From Octopus vulgaris (Eukaryota): a stretch of 64,000 nt of DNA. Position numbers and translations under genes: made by a program. The stretch spans positions 40,424,001-40,488,000 of the forward strand of contig OX597833.1 in NCBI GenBank assembly GCA_951406725.2, given 5' to 3'. Positions 12,801 through 27,200 of the stretch are shown piece after piece. Under the pieces are notes generated by a model that searched no databases, was not told the origin of the DNA, and saw only the letters and a list, made by a program, of their open reading frames with translations. The first letter of the stretch is position 1; every line of letters begins with the position of its first letter.

Positions 12801-14847
12801 TTTTTTTTGTCACTTAGCACTTTCTCTTTTACTCTTTCTATTTCTTGTTTGTGTGTGCACTATGGGTACATCTTTTTACTTCTGCCCCCCCCCCACCTCT
12901 ACTCTTTTTCACGATTCTTTTTTTTTTTCTACTTTGTTTATCCTTCCTATTATTAGTCCGCTTCTCATTGTAATAATACTGAACTTATAATATTTTTGCC
13001 GTTACGTTCTGGGTTGAAATTCCGCCGAGGTTGACTTTGCCTTTCATCCTTTCGGGGGTCGATAAATTAAGTACCAGTTACGCACTGGGGTTCGATGTAA
13101 TCACCTTAATCCGTTTGTCTGTCCTTGTTTGTCTCCTCTGTGTTTAGCCCCTTGTGGGTAGTAAAGAAATGAATATTTTTATGACAAGAAAACTGAAGCT
13201 ATTTCTTTGTGGAGGTCACGATAGGAAGACATTTTATCTTCGACTAAATACTTGCTTTGTGTATCTGTAATAAACACAGATAATTTTAATCACCATTTTT
13301 GTAAATATTATTTTAGATCAAATATAATGGTAAAATGAACTGAATTGAGTCTATAAAAAAATTAAAACGAAAGAAAAAACTATTTTAATCTTCAAAAATA
13401 TTATGCTCACCTATTTAACAAGTTACCCGGTGAGCACAGAAACCTACTTGACACAACAAGAAGTCACCGATTTTTAAATATTTTAAATTTTAAAAAGAAA
13501 TCGAAAGTCTCTAGGTGCGATCGATCGCAAATTAGAATTTTGTATGTATAAATTTCCTTATCCATACAAAGAGAAGAAAAAGTAGTTTCTTATGATTCTT
13601 TTTCACCCGGGAAAGGAATTTCATCAACATAATCGGAGTTAGAAATTGACTAGTTACTTGTTTTATTGTCCCGGGAGAATGGTAGGTTGAGTCGACTCGG
13701 GCGGGATTTGAACACCTGACCTAAAGGGAGATTGCTTAATACTACTGCAAGACATTTAGTCTAAGTACTCCACCGATTATCCCTAAATATGTCACGAATA
13801 TTACAACTTCCCGTCTTCGTAGAAGAAAGAAAAAATTCAGGTAAAATCGTACACGCGTATTCGAATGTGTGGGCACGGTTTTTTTTAGTTTGACGCCAGT
13901 TCACTTTACTCATGCTTTTTTGAAAGGAAGACTCAAAAGACTCTTGCGGGACGGAGAAAGTAAATAACATACACGGTGGGTCGACTGTACGACTTACCCC
14001 TTGCAATTTATGATACTGTGTCAGTATAAAGAATCGATATTTGATATTTTATTAAATGCTACTGAAAATCAACTCTGTCATGTTTATTGCTGTAAAAATA
14101 TATTTTCAAATTTCTGGTTTCCTTCTGATAATTCTCAAATGTTTACAGCTCTTGAAATTGTGAGTTAAAGAGAAAAAACCCATAATTCGACGAATATGAA
14201 ACTAAGCCGTAATTGCAAATGATTTCCTCTTTCATTAAAATTAAAATGAAATAATCAGATTTGAAATTGTTTGATAAATTGGGGCGGCGGGGGAGGGGGA
14301 AGTTCATGACTAGCAGGGGAGATAACTCTGAACAAATTTCCGACCTAATTCTGAAACGACCCTTGTCTTGGCGACTTACCCCGTTGATTTAGTGAAAAAA
14401 AAGAAGGGGGTATCGGATACTGTTTGAAAGTAGACCCAAAACGGAAATTTAGCGAGTAATTTAAATTACATAATCTGTAAGCCGGTTCTAATTTACTTAG
14501 TTGATAATTTAATGATACTCAATGGGATTTTTTATTTCTTAGAATATTAAAGTAGAAAGTAATTTTTTAAAAATAGCTTTCAGAATAATCTACAAATATC
14601 GTAATCTACTCGTCCAATTCTGGCAACCCTGCTCCCAGCTGGAACTACTTTTTAAACATTTTCTAAAAGTGAGCATCAATAAAATCCATTACCTAGTCTA
14701 AAATAACATTTATTCCGACTTCTCACAATAGAATTAACGTTCCAAAGATCCTCAATGCGGTTTCAAATTTCATTTATTCCCATGTCAGTTACAGTCACGT
14801 TAACCTTTTTTTTTTTTTCACCTGGTTTATTTAAAAATGTTATATAA

Positions 14848-15121
14848 GGCATTCTTTCGATATAGCTCGACAAAATCAAAACATTTCAATTCGGGTATTT
14901 CCGTGGTAGCAAATGACTGTTCGATTCTGTTGTCTGCTTGGAAATTTGCGGGTTATACATACACACATGAAACGGGTAAGAACAAATATGCAAGGCTTTT
15001 TTTTCTTCAAGTTTAAAATGAGACATTGCTGGCATAATTTCGTTATACCTATACTCCACAACCCACGGAAATACCCGAAGTGAAATGTTTTGGTTTTGTC
15101 GAGTTATATCGAAGGAATGCC
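14848..15121. mobile_element. MITE/foldback element with ~59-bp terminal inverted repeats
   Basis: 14848-14906 is the reverse complement of 15063-15121 with about 4 mismatches; TATA-rich flanks. Confidence 0.85.
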
Positions 15122-15622
15122 GTTATATATAACCTCACAAAACCTCACTCCGCCTTCAAATATTGATGGTTACGAAGCAGAACAGTGGTGATAGTAATGT
15201 ATGGTTTACTAAGCGGAAGAGGGGCTGGAGTATAAAGTGAATAGAGAGCAAAATATTCAAAGCTGATCCTTCAGCTTATAAAGAGACAAAGGGCAATATT
15301 TCACACAATTACTCGTTTCTTTATTCTCTCTGTCGTGACTCTCTTCATTATTACCGTTGTCGTAATCCACCGACGTTTTTTCACAGCGACTACTGGGTGC
15401 CCATGAAAGATCCACGTTGATAAATATTGTGGTTTATAAGTCTTATTTATTACTTGCAGCAAATTCTATTACTGAAAGGCATCAGCTGTAGAGAATCTGT
15501 CCCATCTAATTCCGTCTCACCGATGCAAGCGTGGAAATGTGGACTTTAAATGATGGTGATATATAAAGTGACTTGTTTTCATACAGCAGACATGGTGACT
15601 GTATAAGTAACTACCACAGGAT

Positions 15623-16040
15623 CAACTCCTTTTTGTGGTATGATGACTTCTGTGTCTCAGTGACCTTGAGGTCTATGCCAGTAGTGTGCAAGCTCCTGGA
15701 TGGGTCTGCCTTGCTGGACAAGTCAAAGAGGCCTGGCTAATATGGGTCACTTCTTCAAGATCTAAAATAGGTGTGCAGAGAGCCAATATCACTAACTAGA
15801 AAAAGAAAGCAAAGTTACTGAAGCATCGATGACACTTTATAACCAATATGATCAGGGAAACATATGACTTGTCAGGCCCTGATCTGAAACCCACAGGGGA
15901 GGGAGAAGAAAGGAGCCCTAAGACTAGCTAGAAGTTGGTTACTGAAATAAAGCAAGGATTCAACTGAAAAGTAGAAAAGGCAGCCCAGAGTTGAAAAAGT
16001 TATTGATGACCTATGCTCCCCAGCAAGCAATGGGTTTAAT
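15623..16040 (+). mobile_element. Internally deleted RTE-clade element (5'UTR plus ORF C-terminus)
   Basis: RTE-type 5'UTR-like motif followed by decayed QALI*NPQG...KAAQ...IDDLCSP, the RTE ORF end. Confidence 0.6.
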
Positions 16041-17502
16041 AGTAACAGAATGTATAAGAAATAAAGTAAATGATCTACCAGTATTCCCACAAAATTCAGG
16101 CAGTGAAAGTATCGTAACAGCTAATTGCTTTTGCTGTGGAGGTGAAATGGCCCAGTGGTTAGGGCAGTGGACTCGCGGTCGGAGGATCATGGTTTCGATT
16201 CCCAGATCGGGCATTGTGTGTGTTTATTGAGCGAAAACACCTAAAGCTCCACGAGGCTTCAGCAGGGGGTGGTGGCGACCCCTTTTGTACTCTTTCGCCC
16301 CAACTTTCTCTCACTCACTCTTCCTGTTTCTTTAGTAATGTTGCGATGGACTGGCGTCCTGTCCAGCTGGTGGGGAAGACATACGCCACAGAAACCAGGA
16401 AACTGGACCCATGAGCCTGGCTCGGCTTGAAAAGGGTGCATAAATAATTTTTTTAAAAATAATTTCTTTTGCTCTGTGTCACAAAGATGATGATATACTG
16501 GCTAGATTAGATTTGGATGGATGAATGGATGGTGTCAAAGTAATTAGTGGATTAAACTTTTGACAGTCATGCTAGTGGTTAGAGTCCTGTGGTATAAAAA
16601 AATAAAAATGTTGGGGAAAGAGGATGGTAAATGTGTGTGCAAGAAAGAGAGCGATTCAAATGAATGCTACTGACATATGCACATATACACACACACTCTT
16701 ACATGAATGTTCTTGATAAAGCACATGCAGACAATAATAGGTTGTGTAAGAGTAACTGGTTGTATGTGTATGCATTCATGTGCCAGGTGTGTTTGTTTGA
16801 TTTTCTCTCTCTCTCTCTCTCACTATTTACTGACAACTTGGATCATATCATTGTCATGAAGATTGAACATCTGTCTATTCTATTATCTTTATGTTACCCA
16901 ACTGAGGTGGCTGGCATCAGATATTCAGCTATAGAAAACACACCTAAGCTGACACTGAAGCTTAGCGTAAAACTGCAGCTTCTTGGATCCATCCTGTCAA
17001 ACTATTCAACCCATCTCAGCATGGAAAACATGTTAAATAATGATAATGATTTTGCTCCTTACATCCTATGTAAAATGTGTGTGATGTTATGTCCTGGATG
17101 GTTTTTTCCAGCAAGTTATATATTAATAACCATGTTCTTAACTTTCTTTGAAAAAGATGTGAAATGTTATATCTTGGGGATTGGGTATGGGTGTTACTAT
17201 ATAATATTGAGTGCTTCTTGATTATTTTATTACTGAAATGGAGTTTGGTGTTTCAGTGGACATTAATTGTTGAGCAAGGCAGCAAGAAGTGGAAGAGAAG
17301 ATACTGGGAAAAGGCAAAGAGAAGAAATAATAAATAGGAATAAAGAGTTGAGAATCAAGAATGAGAAATATTGACTCTTGAGGAAAGGAATGAAATTCTT
17401 GTAAGAAATGGCGACAGAGGGTGCCATGTGATGAGCAACAAAGCTGAAGCTAATTGGGAAAGAATGAGAAATGTTAACCAAGAATGAAGCACAGTATGAA
17501 TG

Positions 17503-17679
17503 TATTTCTTTACTGCCCACAAGGGGCTAAACATAGAGGGGACAAACAAGAACAGACAAAGGGATTAAGTCAATTACATCGACCCCAGTGGGAGACTGGT
17601 ACTTTATTTATCGACCCCTGAAAAGATGAAAGGCAAAGTCGACCTCGGCGGAATTTGAACTCAGAACGTAACGACAGAC
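17503..17679 (-). mobile_element. 5'-truncated SINE family A
   Basis: 16-bp TSD GAAGCACAGTATGAAT (17486-17501 / 17680-17695). Confidence 0.88.
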
Positions 17680-18260
17680 GAAGCACAGTATGAATAATGA
17701 AGAAAGGCAAGGATATTTTACACAAGCCATATTGAGAAAACAGGTTAGAAGAGGTAACCTGACTGAAGGGAATTAACAAGATTTCCAGGAAGTTAAAGGA
17801 TTATGAAGAAAACTGATAGAAAATTATCAAGTGGAGAGATGGCTAATACTGTACCACAGGCTGTGAATTTCCACAGGTTCTACTAGTTATCATTAACAAA
17901 AATGATTTCTACTGTAGACACAAGGCCTGGAATTTTGGGGATGAGGGCTAGTCAATTATATTAATCCAAGTGCTTGACTGCTACTTACTTTATCAACCCT
18001 GAAAGGATAAAAGGCAAAACTGGCTTTCATAGAATTTGAACTCAGAACATAAGGCTGGAAGAATGCCACTTTATATCAATGATAAAATAATGGTTTCAAA
18101 TTTTAGCACAAGGCCGGCAATTTCGAAGGGGAGAGACTAGTAGATTACATTGACCCCAGTGATCAATTGGTACTTTATCGACCCCACCGGTCATTCAAAG
18201 AGAACCTTGTGAGTGGATTTGTTAGATGAAAACTAAAAGCAGACTGTATGTATGTGTGTG

Positions 18261-18731
18261 TGATATATTTAACCTCTCTGCAATCTCGCGCACAGTTATA
18301 TGACAATCAGATTCAGTTATGGCTTTGATTCGGTCATTATCAACTTCAGTAGGTTGACCAGAACGTTGCTCATCTTTGAGTGAAAAATCTCCAGAACGGA
18401 AATTTTTAAGCCATTTCTGACATGTGCATTCTGTTAAGCAATTTAACACCATAAACTTCACATATCTCTTTGTAATCCTCAGCAGCTTTCTTACCTTTTA
18501 CAGAAATATAAAAGCAAAATATGGCGAAAATGTTCATTTTTGCACTCCATGTTAAAATTGACACTGAACTAACAGCGGTAAACAAAATTAAGTTCAATTT
18601 GCTTCTAAAGTAAGCTAAAAGTAATGGTCATTAAATGTTAAAAGGAAAAAATCCTAACATTTACAAAAGTCATTAAAAAAAAAATTGTAACTTTATTCTC
18701 AAAAGATGAAATTACTTTCTTACCAGCCCTG
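18261..18731 (-). mobile_element. Mariner 5' fragment (HTH region plus TIR)
   Basis: QKWLKNFRSGDFSLKDEQRSGQP...TVREIAERLNISH. Confidence 0.85.
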
Positions 18732-19064
18732 TATATATATATATATATATATATACTGTATATATATCATTGCTATTATGTTAAACTGTCATGTGTTCAA
18801 ATTTGGTCAAATGCATTTTATTATTGATATTATTATTTTATATATATATATATATATATATCTCAAGACACTCAACGTCCAACCCATGCCAGCATAGAAT
18901 AAGGATTTTGTGGCTTTGTGGTAAGTAGCTTGCTTACCAAGCACGTGGTTCTGGGTTCAGTCCCACTGCGTGGCACCTTGGGCAAGTGTCTTCTACTGTA
19001 GCCTCAGGCCAACCAAAGCCTTGTGAGTGAATTTGGTAGATGGAAACTGAAAGAAGCCCGTTGT

Positions 19065-19114
<50 letters not shown>

Positions 19115-20130
19115 ATATATATAAATAAATAAATAAAATGTGACTGCGCGTGTGTACCGTTGGCGATTTTTTTTTTCCTCTGTCTTTGCTTCTCTGGATC
19201 TTTCCTTCTATATTTCCGACGAAGAGCTCCGCTCGAAACATTAATCCTTCCTTCTTTCCTGAGCGTCCAATAATACTATATTTGTTCCACGTCCTCGCGT
19301 TGTTGTGTTTTTTTGTGCTGTCTTGTTTGGATTAACTATATATATGTATATGTCTGTGTTTGTCCCTCCACCATCGCTTGACTACCAATGCTGGTGTGTT
19401 TACGTCCCCATAACTTAGCGGTTCGGCAAAAGAGACCGATAGAATAAGTACTAGGCTTATAAAGAATAAGTCCTGGGGTCGATTAGTTCAACTAAAAGGC
19501 GGTGCTCCGGCATGGCCGCAGTCAAATGACTGAAACAAGTAAAAGAAATATATAATATATATTGCACAGTCATCTGCAACAAAATGTATTGTGATAATAT
19601 AATTTTCTGATTTTGCTACTTGACTAGCAAATTTGAGATATGGGGTTTGTTGATACTATCTACCCTAGCACTAAACTGGTACTTTATATCAGCCCTGAAT
19701 GGATGCCAAGTATCCTTTCAGGGTTGATAAAATAAAGTAGTGCTCCAGCATGGCCACAGTCAAATGACTGAAACAAATAAAAGATATGACTATTATTTGC
19801 AAGGTATCAATCTATCCATTCTGCCATGATGATGATGAGTGGAGAGAAAGTTTTGAGTGGAGAGAAAGCCAATTTCTTTCCATCGGTCATAGATATCTTT
19901 GAAAGGATTTTGGACATTGTGCCACTAGGAATTGAACTCGTGACCTTACAACCAAGAGCCGAATACCTTAACCACTAAACTTTGTGCCTTGTGTTGTTTT
20001 AATGATTCTGCCAGTCCCCCTCTAATGTTGATTTCTGACATAAGCTGAGTTCATCATACAGATGGTACAACTTAATCCCTTAGCATTTAAATTGGCCATA
20101 TTCGGCCAAAATATTCTGTTTTAGGTTTTA

Positions 20131-20531
20131 GGCAGCAAGTTGGCAGAAACGTTAGCATGCCGAGCGAAATGCTTCACGGCATTTCGTCTGCCACTACGTT
20201 CAGAGTTCAAATTCCGCTGAGGTCGACTTTGCCTTTCATCCTTTCAGGGTTGATTAAATAAGTACCAGTTACGCACTGGGGTCGATATAATCGACTCAAT
20301 CCATTTGTCTGTCCTTGTTTGTCCCTTCTGTGTAGCCTCTTGTGGGCAGTAAAGAAATAGATATTTCGTCTGCCGCGACGCTCTGAGTTCAAATCCTACC
20401 AAGGTTGACTTTGCCTTTCATCCTTTTGGGGTCGATTAAATAAGTACCAGTTACACACTGGGGTCGATATAATCAACTTAATCCGTTTGTCTGTCCTTGT
20501 GTGTAGCTCTTTGTGGGCAGTAAAGAAATAA
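20131..20531 (+). mobile_element. Dimeric SINE family A inserted in a piggyBac-type MITE
   Basis: Two tandem units; a 17-bp TSD ATATTCTGTTTTAGGTT (20111-20127 / 20533-20549) flanks the whole dimer. Confidence 0.9.
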
Positions 20532-21490
20532 GATATTCTGTTTTAGGTTCAAACCGGTCAGATCCTGCTTCTCACACCTACCCTACAATATCGTGTTCTA
20601 CTGAGTGTTTCTGATATTCATGATAATATCGATAACAACTGTGTGTACACACACAACATATTTAAACTACATGTCAATGCACTTTTGAAATAATGGAGGG
20701 AAAGGGAGTTGAATTTCTATTGCAAAGTAAACTGATAACCGACTTCCTGATAGTGGTGGTGGTGGTGGTGATAGGGAATTTGATAGTTGGGTTGTGATGG
20801 TGGTAGTAGTAGTAGTAGTAGTGAATGAAAAATGGTGAGGTGAGGGTGGTGTCAAGAGAACTCTTTCACTTCAGGAAATTATCCTTTTTTCTCTCTCTCT
20901 CTACCCCCTCCTCGCCATGCTATTACAACCACTACTATCACCACACCACCACCACTGCCAGCATGCCACTTGTCCCTTTACCTGGTATCGAGATGATGTT
21001 GATAGGTGCAGAACTGAAGACTTTGAAAGAGATTGCATTTCATGCCATCATCTCTCTCTCTCTCTCTCCCTCTGTTAAGGAAGTGATTAATTGAAATATG
21101 ATAAGTAGGTGAGGGATGAGGAGGAGGAGGAAGATTTGTTTGAGATTGTAAGAGGAGGAAGGGTACTATATAACATACTTTGAGATATCGTGATTGGAGA
21201 GAAAAGTGTGGGTGTTGGAAGAATACTGAACAACTGCTCACCTATTATTTCAGTAATTATAAGTATTTAACCCTGAAGCATTTGGATTTCTTTGTCAAAT
21301 GTAATGCTTAATTTACATTGTTTTGAATTAATTGTGCATTATAGCTTCAAGATTTCGGTGATGTGATTGTTTATTTTTAGAATGACAGTGTAGGGTAGGT
21401 TTGAGAGGTTGGATTTGGTCAGCTCTAGCATAAAGCAGAATATTTGGGCTGAATGGTTAAATCTTCATAGTTATCTATTTATTATGATAG

Positions 21491-21866
21491 GGCAGTGAGC
21501 TGCCAGAATCGTTAGTATGCCTGACGAAATGCTTAGTGGTATTTCGTCTGCCGTTAGGTTCTGAGTTCAAATTTCGCAGAGGTCAACTTTGCCTTTCATC
21601 CTTTCAGGATCGATTAAATAAGTACCAGTTACGCACTAGGGGTCGATATAATCAACTTAATCCCTTTGTTTGTCCTTGTTTGTCCTCTCTATGTTTAGCC
21701 CCTTGTGGGTAGTAAAGAAATAGGTATTTCATCTGCCGCTACGTTCTGAGTTCAAATTCCGCCAAGGTCTACTTTGCCTTTCATCTTTTCGGGGTCGATT
21801 AAATAAGTACCAGTTACGCACTGGGGGTCGATATAATCAACTTAATCCCTTTGTTTGTCCTTGTTT
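21491..21866 (+). mobile_element. Dimeric SINE family A (3' end lost)
   Basis: Same internal junction, AAAGAAATAG-GTATTTC, at about 21722. Confidence 0.85.
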
Positions 21867-22274
21867 TCTTTCAGAAAGCAGCTGGTTTTTTTTTTTTTTC
21901 TTGAAGTTTGAAGGTCCATGGCCTTTGCAGAAAAGGTTGGTTAAGTTCAATGACCTTCTTGAGGTAGATGCAAATAGGTCAGGGAGTAGGTGTGAGAGGG
22001 AGTACACTTCTGTTTCATCCTGTACCCAGCTCCCTTTGTTTTGAGGGAGTGGGGGTAGTTCTATAGTAGAGAAGGAGGGAACAGTCATGTGTTTCATAAT
22101 TGTTTATCTCTGTTGGGGTCCACTCATCTCCATTAATGCCATGACATAGAAAAGAGATTATAATTGATAACACATGAGGAAGATATTTTAGTTATTTGCA
22201 TTAGACAACATTTGAGAAATTATCAATAATTACAGAACATGAGCTCGAAATAATTACTACTGATATTGCCTTAA

Positions 22275-22496
22275 CCCTTTCATTACCAACCCGGCTGAAA
22301 CCGGCTCTGGCTTTGAGTAGAAATGTCTTGTTTTCATAAGTTCTGAATTAAATAAAACCTTTCACCAAACCTTAGTCACAATTTATGTTCCTAAAACTGG
22401 CTGAATGATAACTAAGTTCTTTTACTAAATTCTTTGTTATATTTAAAGTAATTGAAAGAAACACAGCATTTCAAAATAAATACAGTAACGAAAGGG
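22275..22496. mobile_element. piggyBac-derived MITE
   Basis: TTAA|CCCTTTCATTAC ... GTAACGAAAGGG|TTAA; same TIR as the element at 47176-48262. Confidence 0.88.
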
Positions 22497-23063
22497 TTAA
22501 TGCCATGTATGTTTTAAAACACATACCTCTCTACTTCTTCTTGAGGTTCCCTACACAGAGATTGGCATGTTTCTTCACTGCATAAAGAAGTACTGATCTC
22601 TTAGCTTGATGCCTCATCTCAAGTACAGCAAATTGACACAACTCCTGGTTAATTTACTCCATTTAGTGAACTTTTTTATAATGTAATAGACGCAGACATG
22701 GCTGCATGGTTAAGAAGCTTGCTTTGCAAGCTTTTAGTTTCAGGTTCAGTTCCACTTAGTGTACACATCTTGGGCAAGTGTCTTTTACTATAACCCTGAG
22801 CTGACCAATACCTTGTGAATGAAGTTGGTAGACAGTATAGTGTGTGTGTGCAATTGTTTGTCACTTCTCTTGACAACCAGTATTGGTTTGTTTATGTCCA
22901 TGTAACCTAGTAGCGTTTCCTCTGGTCCAACTCTAAAATCACACTGACTTATAAGAGGTGTCCCAGCCATGGCCATATTTTTTTATATTTTAGTTTTTGA
23001 GATGACTACATTGTTCAGTACTTCTTTTTTGTGTGCCTATAGGGTGTGATTTGAGGTAGAGGT

Positions 23064-24240
23064 GTGATCTGTGGAAGAGGTATAGGTAGAAACTCCATAA
23101 GATGTACTCGGTGCAGCAATATCAAAGGAAGGCTGACTGGCAAGATAGATTTTGTGTGTGGCAAATGCTCAGGGGCAATGAACACTGAAAATGTGCAAAA
23201 AACATCCTCCGTCACATTCCAGGGGGAAAAACTACAAGTTGTTGATAGCTTCCATTACCTAGGATGACCAAGTCAGTAGCGGGGGCAGTTTCTCTGAGAG
23301 TGTAGCTGCTAGAATAAGAATAAGCTGGGCAAAGTTCAGAGAGCTCCTAACTCTGCTGGTGACAAAGGGCTTCTAGCTCAGAATAAAAGGTAAACTGTAT
23401 GATGCATGTGTGTAAACAGCCATGCTACATGGCAGTGAAACATGAGCCGTGATTGCTGAGGACATGTGTAAGCTTGCAAGGAATGAAGTTTGTATGATCC
23501 GCTGGATGCATAATGTCTGCATACACGACAGTGTAAGTGCCCCGAGAGAAAAGTTGGACATAAGAAGCATCAGATGTGGTGTGCAAGAGAGACAACTGCA
23601 CTGTATAGTCACGTTTTGCATATGGATGAGTACAGCTGGGTGTAAAAGTGTCAAACTCTAGCAGTAGAGGGAACCTGTGGAAGAGGTAGACCCAAGAAGA
23701 CCTGATATGAGGTGGTGAAGCACGACCTTCAGACGTTGGGCCTCACCAAGGCGATGACAAGTGACTGAGACCTTTGGAGATATGCTGTGCTTGAGAAGAC
23801 CCAGCAAGCCAAGTAAGACCCTAACTGTGGCCTATGCCAGTGCAATCATTGGGTAATAAACTACACTTGATGCAAGTGAAGTCTTTGTTATGGCTAATGA
23901 CAGTACCACCTGATTGGCCCTGTGCTGGTGGCACGTAGGAAGCTCCATTCAAGCATGATCGATTCCATTTCCAGCTGACTGGTCCTGTGCCGATGGCACG
24001 TAAAAAGCAGCATTCGAGCATGGCCAATGCTAGTACCACCTGACTGGCCCTCATGCCGGTGGCATGTAAAAAGCACCCACTACACTCTCGGAGTGGTTGG
24101 CGTTAGGAAGAGCATCCAGCTGTAGAAACATTTCCAGATCGGATTGGAGCCTGGTGCAGCCTTCTGGATCACCAGTCCCCAGTCAAATCGACCAACCCAT
24201 GCCAGCATGGAAAATGGACGTTAAATGATGATGATGATAT
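23064..24240 (+). mobile_element. RTE-clade LINE, degenerate 3' part
   Basis: EKLQVVDSFHYLG, ARIRISWAKFREL, KGKLYDACV, HGSET, MIRWM and GRGRPKKT motifs with stops and frameshifts, then a 3'UTR and (ATG)n tail. Confidence 0.9.
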
Positions 24241-27200
24241 ATAAAAAAGTGTATGTGTGTGTACGTATGTTCCTTATGCATTCGAAAACTAAGTTGCCGA
24301 TTTTGACATATAGGGTATCAAAAGATTCAGTAATCTTTCAACTACCAAATAAATTCTTTCATTTACATATATTCTACATTATCTCCATAACCAGCTATAG
24401 TTACTTGAAATACATTGCTCTACAACAACCAGGTTTTATTAGGGAGTGAAAATAGTTTGTTATTCAATTTGAACCAAAATTATAATGTTGCATTACAAGA
24501 GTGACAGTGTGTGAATAATGAAAGTAATGTTTCTCCGAATTAGTCACATGTACTAAAATAAAGAAAGCTGCTTATCTATCTACCAAATAAACTGTTTTTA
24601 GCACAACTCTTTTTCATTACTAAAATAACCTTGGAAATGAGGTCAGGTCAAGCAATTTTGAGGTCATCTTTGGGCAATATTTCAATTTGCTTCAAACGTT
24701 TCACTTTTGTCTGATGTTTCACACATGTGTAGAATTCTACTCAGGCCAACATTTATGAAAATGTACACATAAATATTGTATTAAAATAAGCTCCAGCCAG
24801 AAACTTATGAGGAAATACAGTCACTCTCTCTCTCACATGCACACGCACACATACATACAAAAAAGATGTATGCATATGTATTTATGTATGTGTATATGAA
24901 AGATAATGTGTGAAAGGGAGAGAAAGCGAGTAAGTGCCACTTACACATACATGCAAAAATGTACATAACACACCCCTCTCTCTCTCTCTCTCTCATGCAC
25001 ACATACACACACGCACATGTCCATTTCATATACAAGTAAATACATATTTCACTTTCGCATTCATTTCAAAGCAAAAATGTACATAACACACCTCTCTCTC
25101 TCTCATGCACACATACACACATGCACATGTCCATTTCATATACACGTACATACACTTCACTTTTAAACAAACAATACCATATTTCACTTTCTGCATTCAT
25201 TTCAAAGCAAAGTCACCTTTTCACTTTCTCCTCTATTTCAATTTCTGCTCTCTTCAGTGCATAAGGAAAAAAAAAAAAAATTAACAATCATATGATCAAC
25301 CATATGATCAAGTTGACAACTTTGCTGCTTCAAATGAAAGAATGCCTTAAAATAACTTCCTTGGGCACACACATGCATGCATGCATACATACACCCTAGG
25401 TAAAACTTCTGCATGAATTATGTTATTTCTTGCTGTGTGCACATGCAAAATTACAGCTGAAATCCAATTGAAATTACCTTTTTCTATTCTGTAATTTGTG
25501 TTTGTGATGAGTGTATTTAAAAACTTGATCTTCAATTTAAACTTAAAAGAAGTTTTCTCAGAAATCCTGTCCATTACCTGTTGTTTCTAGTATGTCCAAG
25601 GTGACATTTTCACCCCCACCCACCCCTTATTTTTTTCCTAAATTTCTTCCGATTCTTATGATTTTGACACAGATTAGGATTTCACCCAAAAAACATGTTC
25701 TTAATATTTTCCCACTTTCCCCACCCCAAATTATTCATTTTTTTTACTTTTTTCCAAATTTTTTTCTTGGTGATCCATGCAGAAAAAAACAGAGTACAAA
25801 TCTTAAACAATTTTTTTCTTAAAGAAACACTAAAATCTCCTTTCCAAACATCCACCCATCACCTCACCACTTTCGAAAAGCTACAAACTTCCAATGTTTC
25901 ACTTTAAGCTTTTTGGAAAGCAGAGAAGTTTCTTCAGAAATAATGTCATTTACCTGTTGTTTCTAGCATATTGGGTTTTCTGGTGGTGGTCTGGTATTTT
26001 TTACGTCTGATATTTCAGTACAATTCTACACATGCGCGAAGCATCAGATGAAAGTGAAACATAGGGAGGTTTTAGCTTTTTGAAAGCGGGTGGGTGAGGT
26101 GGGGGAAGGGGCATTGATTGTTTCTTTAAGAAAAATTAAACTTTAAAAAAAATATTTCCAGATATGTAATCTCTGTATTTTCCTAAGAGGATAAAAAATA
26201 AGAAAATTCTAAAAAAGTTAGGAGTGGTTGTGTGGTAAGTAGACGAACCACATGGTTCCAGGTTCAGTCCCACTGCGTGGCACCTTGGGCAAGTGTGTTC
26301 TACTATAGCCTCAGGCTGACCAAAGCCTTGTGAGTGGATTTGGTAGATGGAAACTGAAAGAAGCCTGTCGTGTATATATATATATATATATATATATACC
26401 CGTCCAACCCATGCTAGCATGGAAAACGGACGTTAAACGATGATGATGATGATGATGATATATGTTTGTGTGTCTAAGTTTACGTCCCCTTTCGGCAAAA
26501 GAGACCAATAGAATAAGTACTATGCTTACAAAGAATAAGTCCTGGGGTAAGTTTTTCTCGACTAAAGGCAGTGCTCCAGCATGGCCACAGTCAAATGACT
26601 GAAACAAGTAAAAGAGTATTAAGAAATTGTGGTGGGGATGGGGGGTATAAATTAAAATTATAAAAACGTGATTTCTGAGCAAAATCGTATTAATCCCCTT
26701 TTATATGATGAAACAATACATAGTTTGTGATCCTTCTTAAGAACAGGAAGCACTTTTATGCAAACCCATGCAAATTGTACCTTCCCCCACTTCACTTTTA
26801 AACAAACAATAACTTCCATTACACCAGAAATCCGGTTTACTATATTTCAGCTGTGCCAATTCTGCCCATAAAAAAGGAACAAATAAAACAATGTGGCTGT
26901 AGGCCACAACATCCAGGCAACACCAAATGCATTGTTAGTCCAACCATAAAAACCAAACCAAAACAGCCTGGAGCAACTTTCTGGCTAATCAGTTCCAGTC
27001 AAACTGTCTAACCCATGCCAGCTTGGAAGATGAACACTAAATGATGATGATACATTTGTTAATAATATCTCTCTCTCTATCCACTATTTTCACTGTCCAC
27101 TATTCCTGTGAGGGTTATGGGTTAGAATTCTCAGGCACCTTTTCCATAACATCCTATCAGAAACAGCCGTCACGAAAATTTCTTACAGGATTCCCAGCCA

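Noticed and set aside
16138-16215. tRNA-like sequences (also 2551, 49787, 52449)
   Set aside because: SINE heads continuing into bodies and tails, several with TSDs; not tRNA genes
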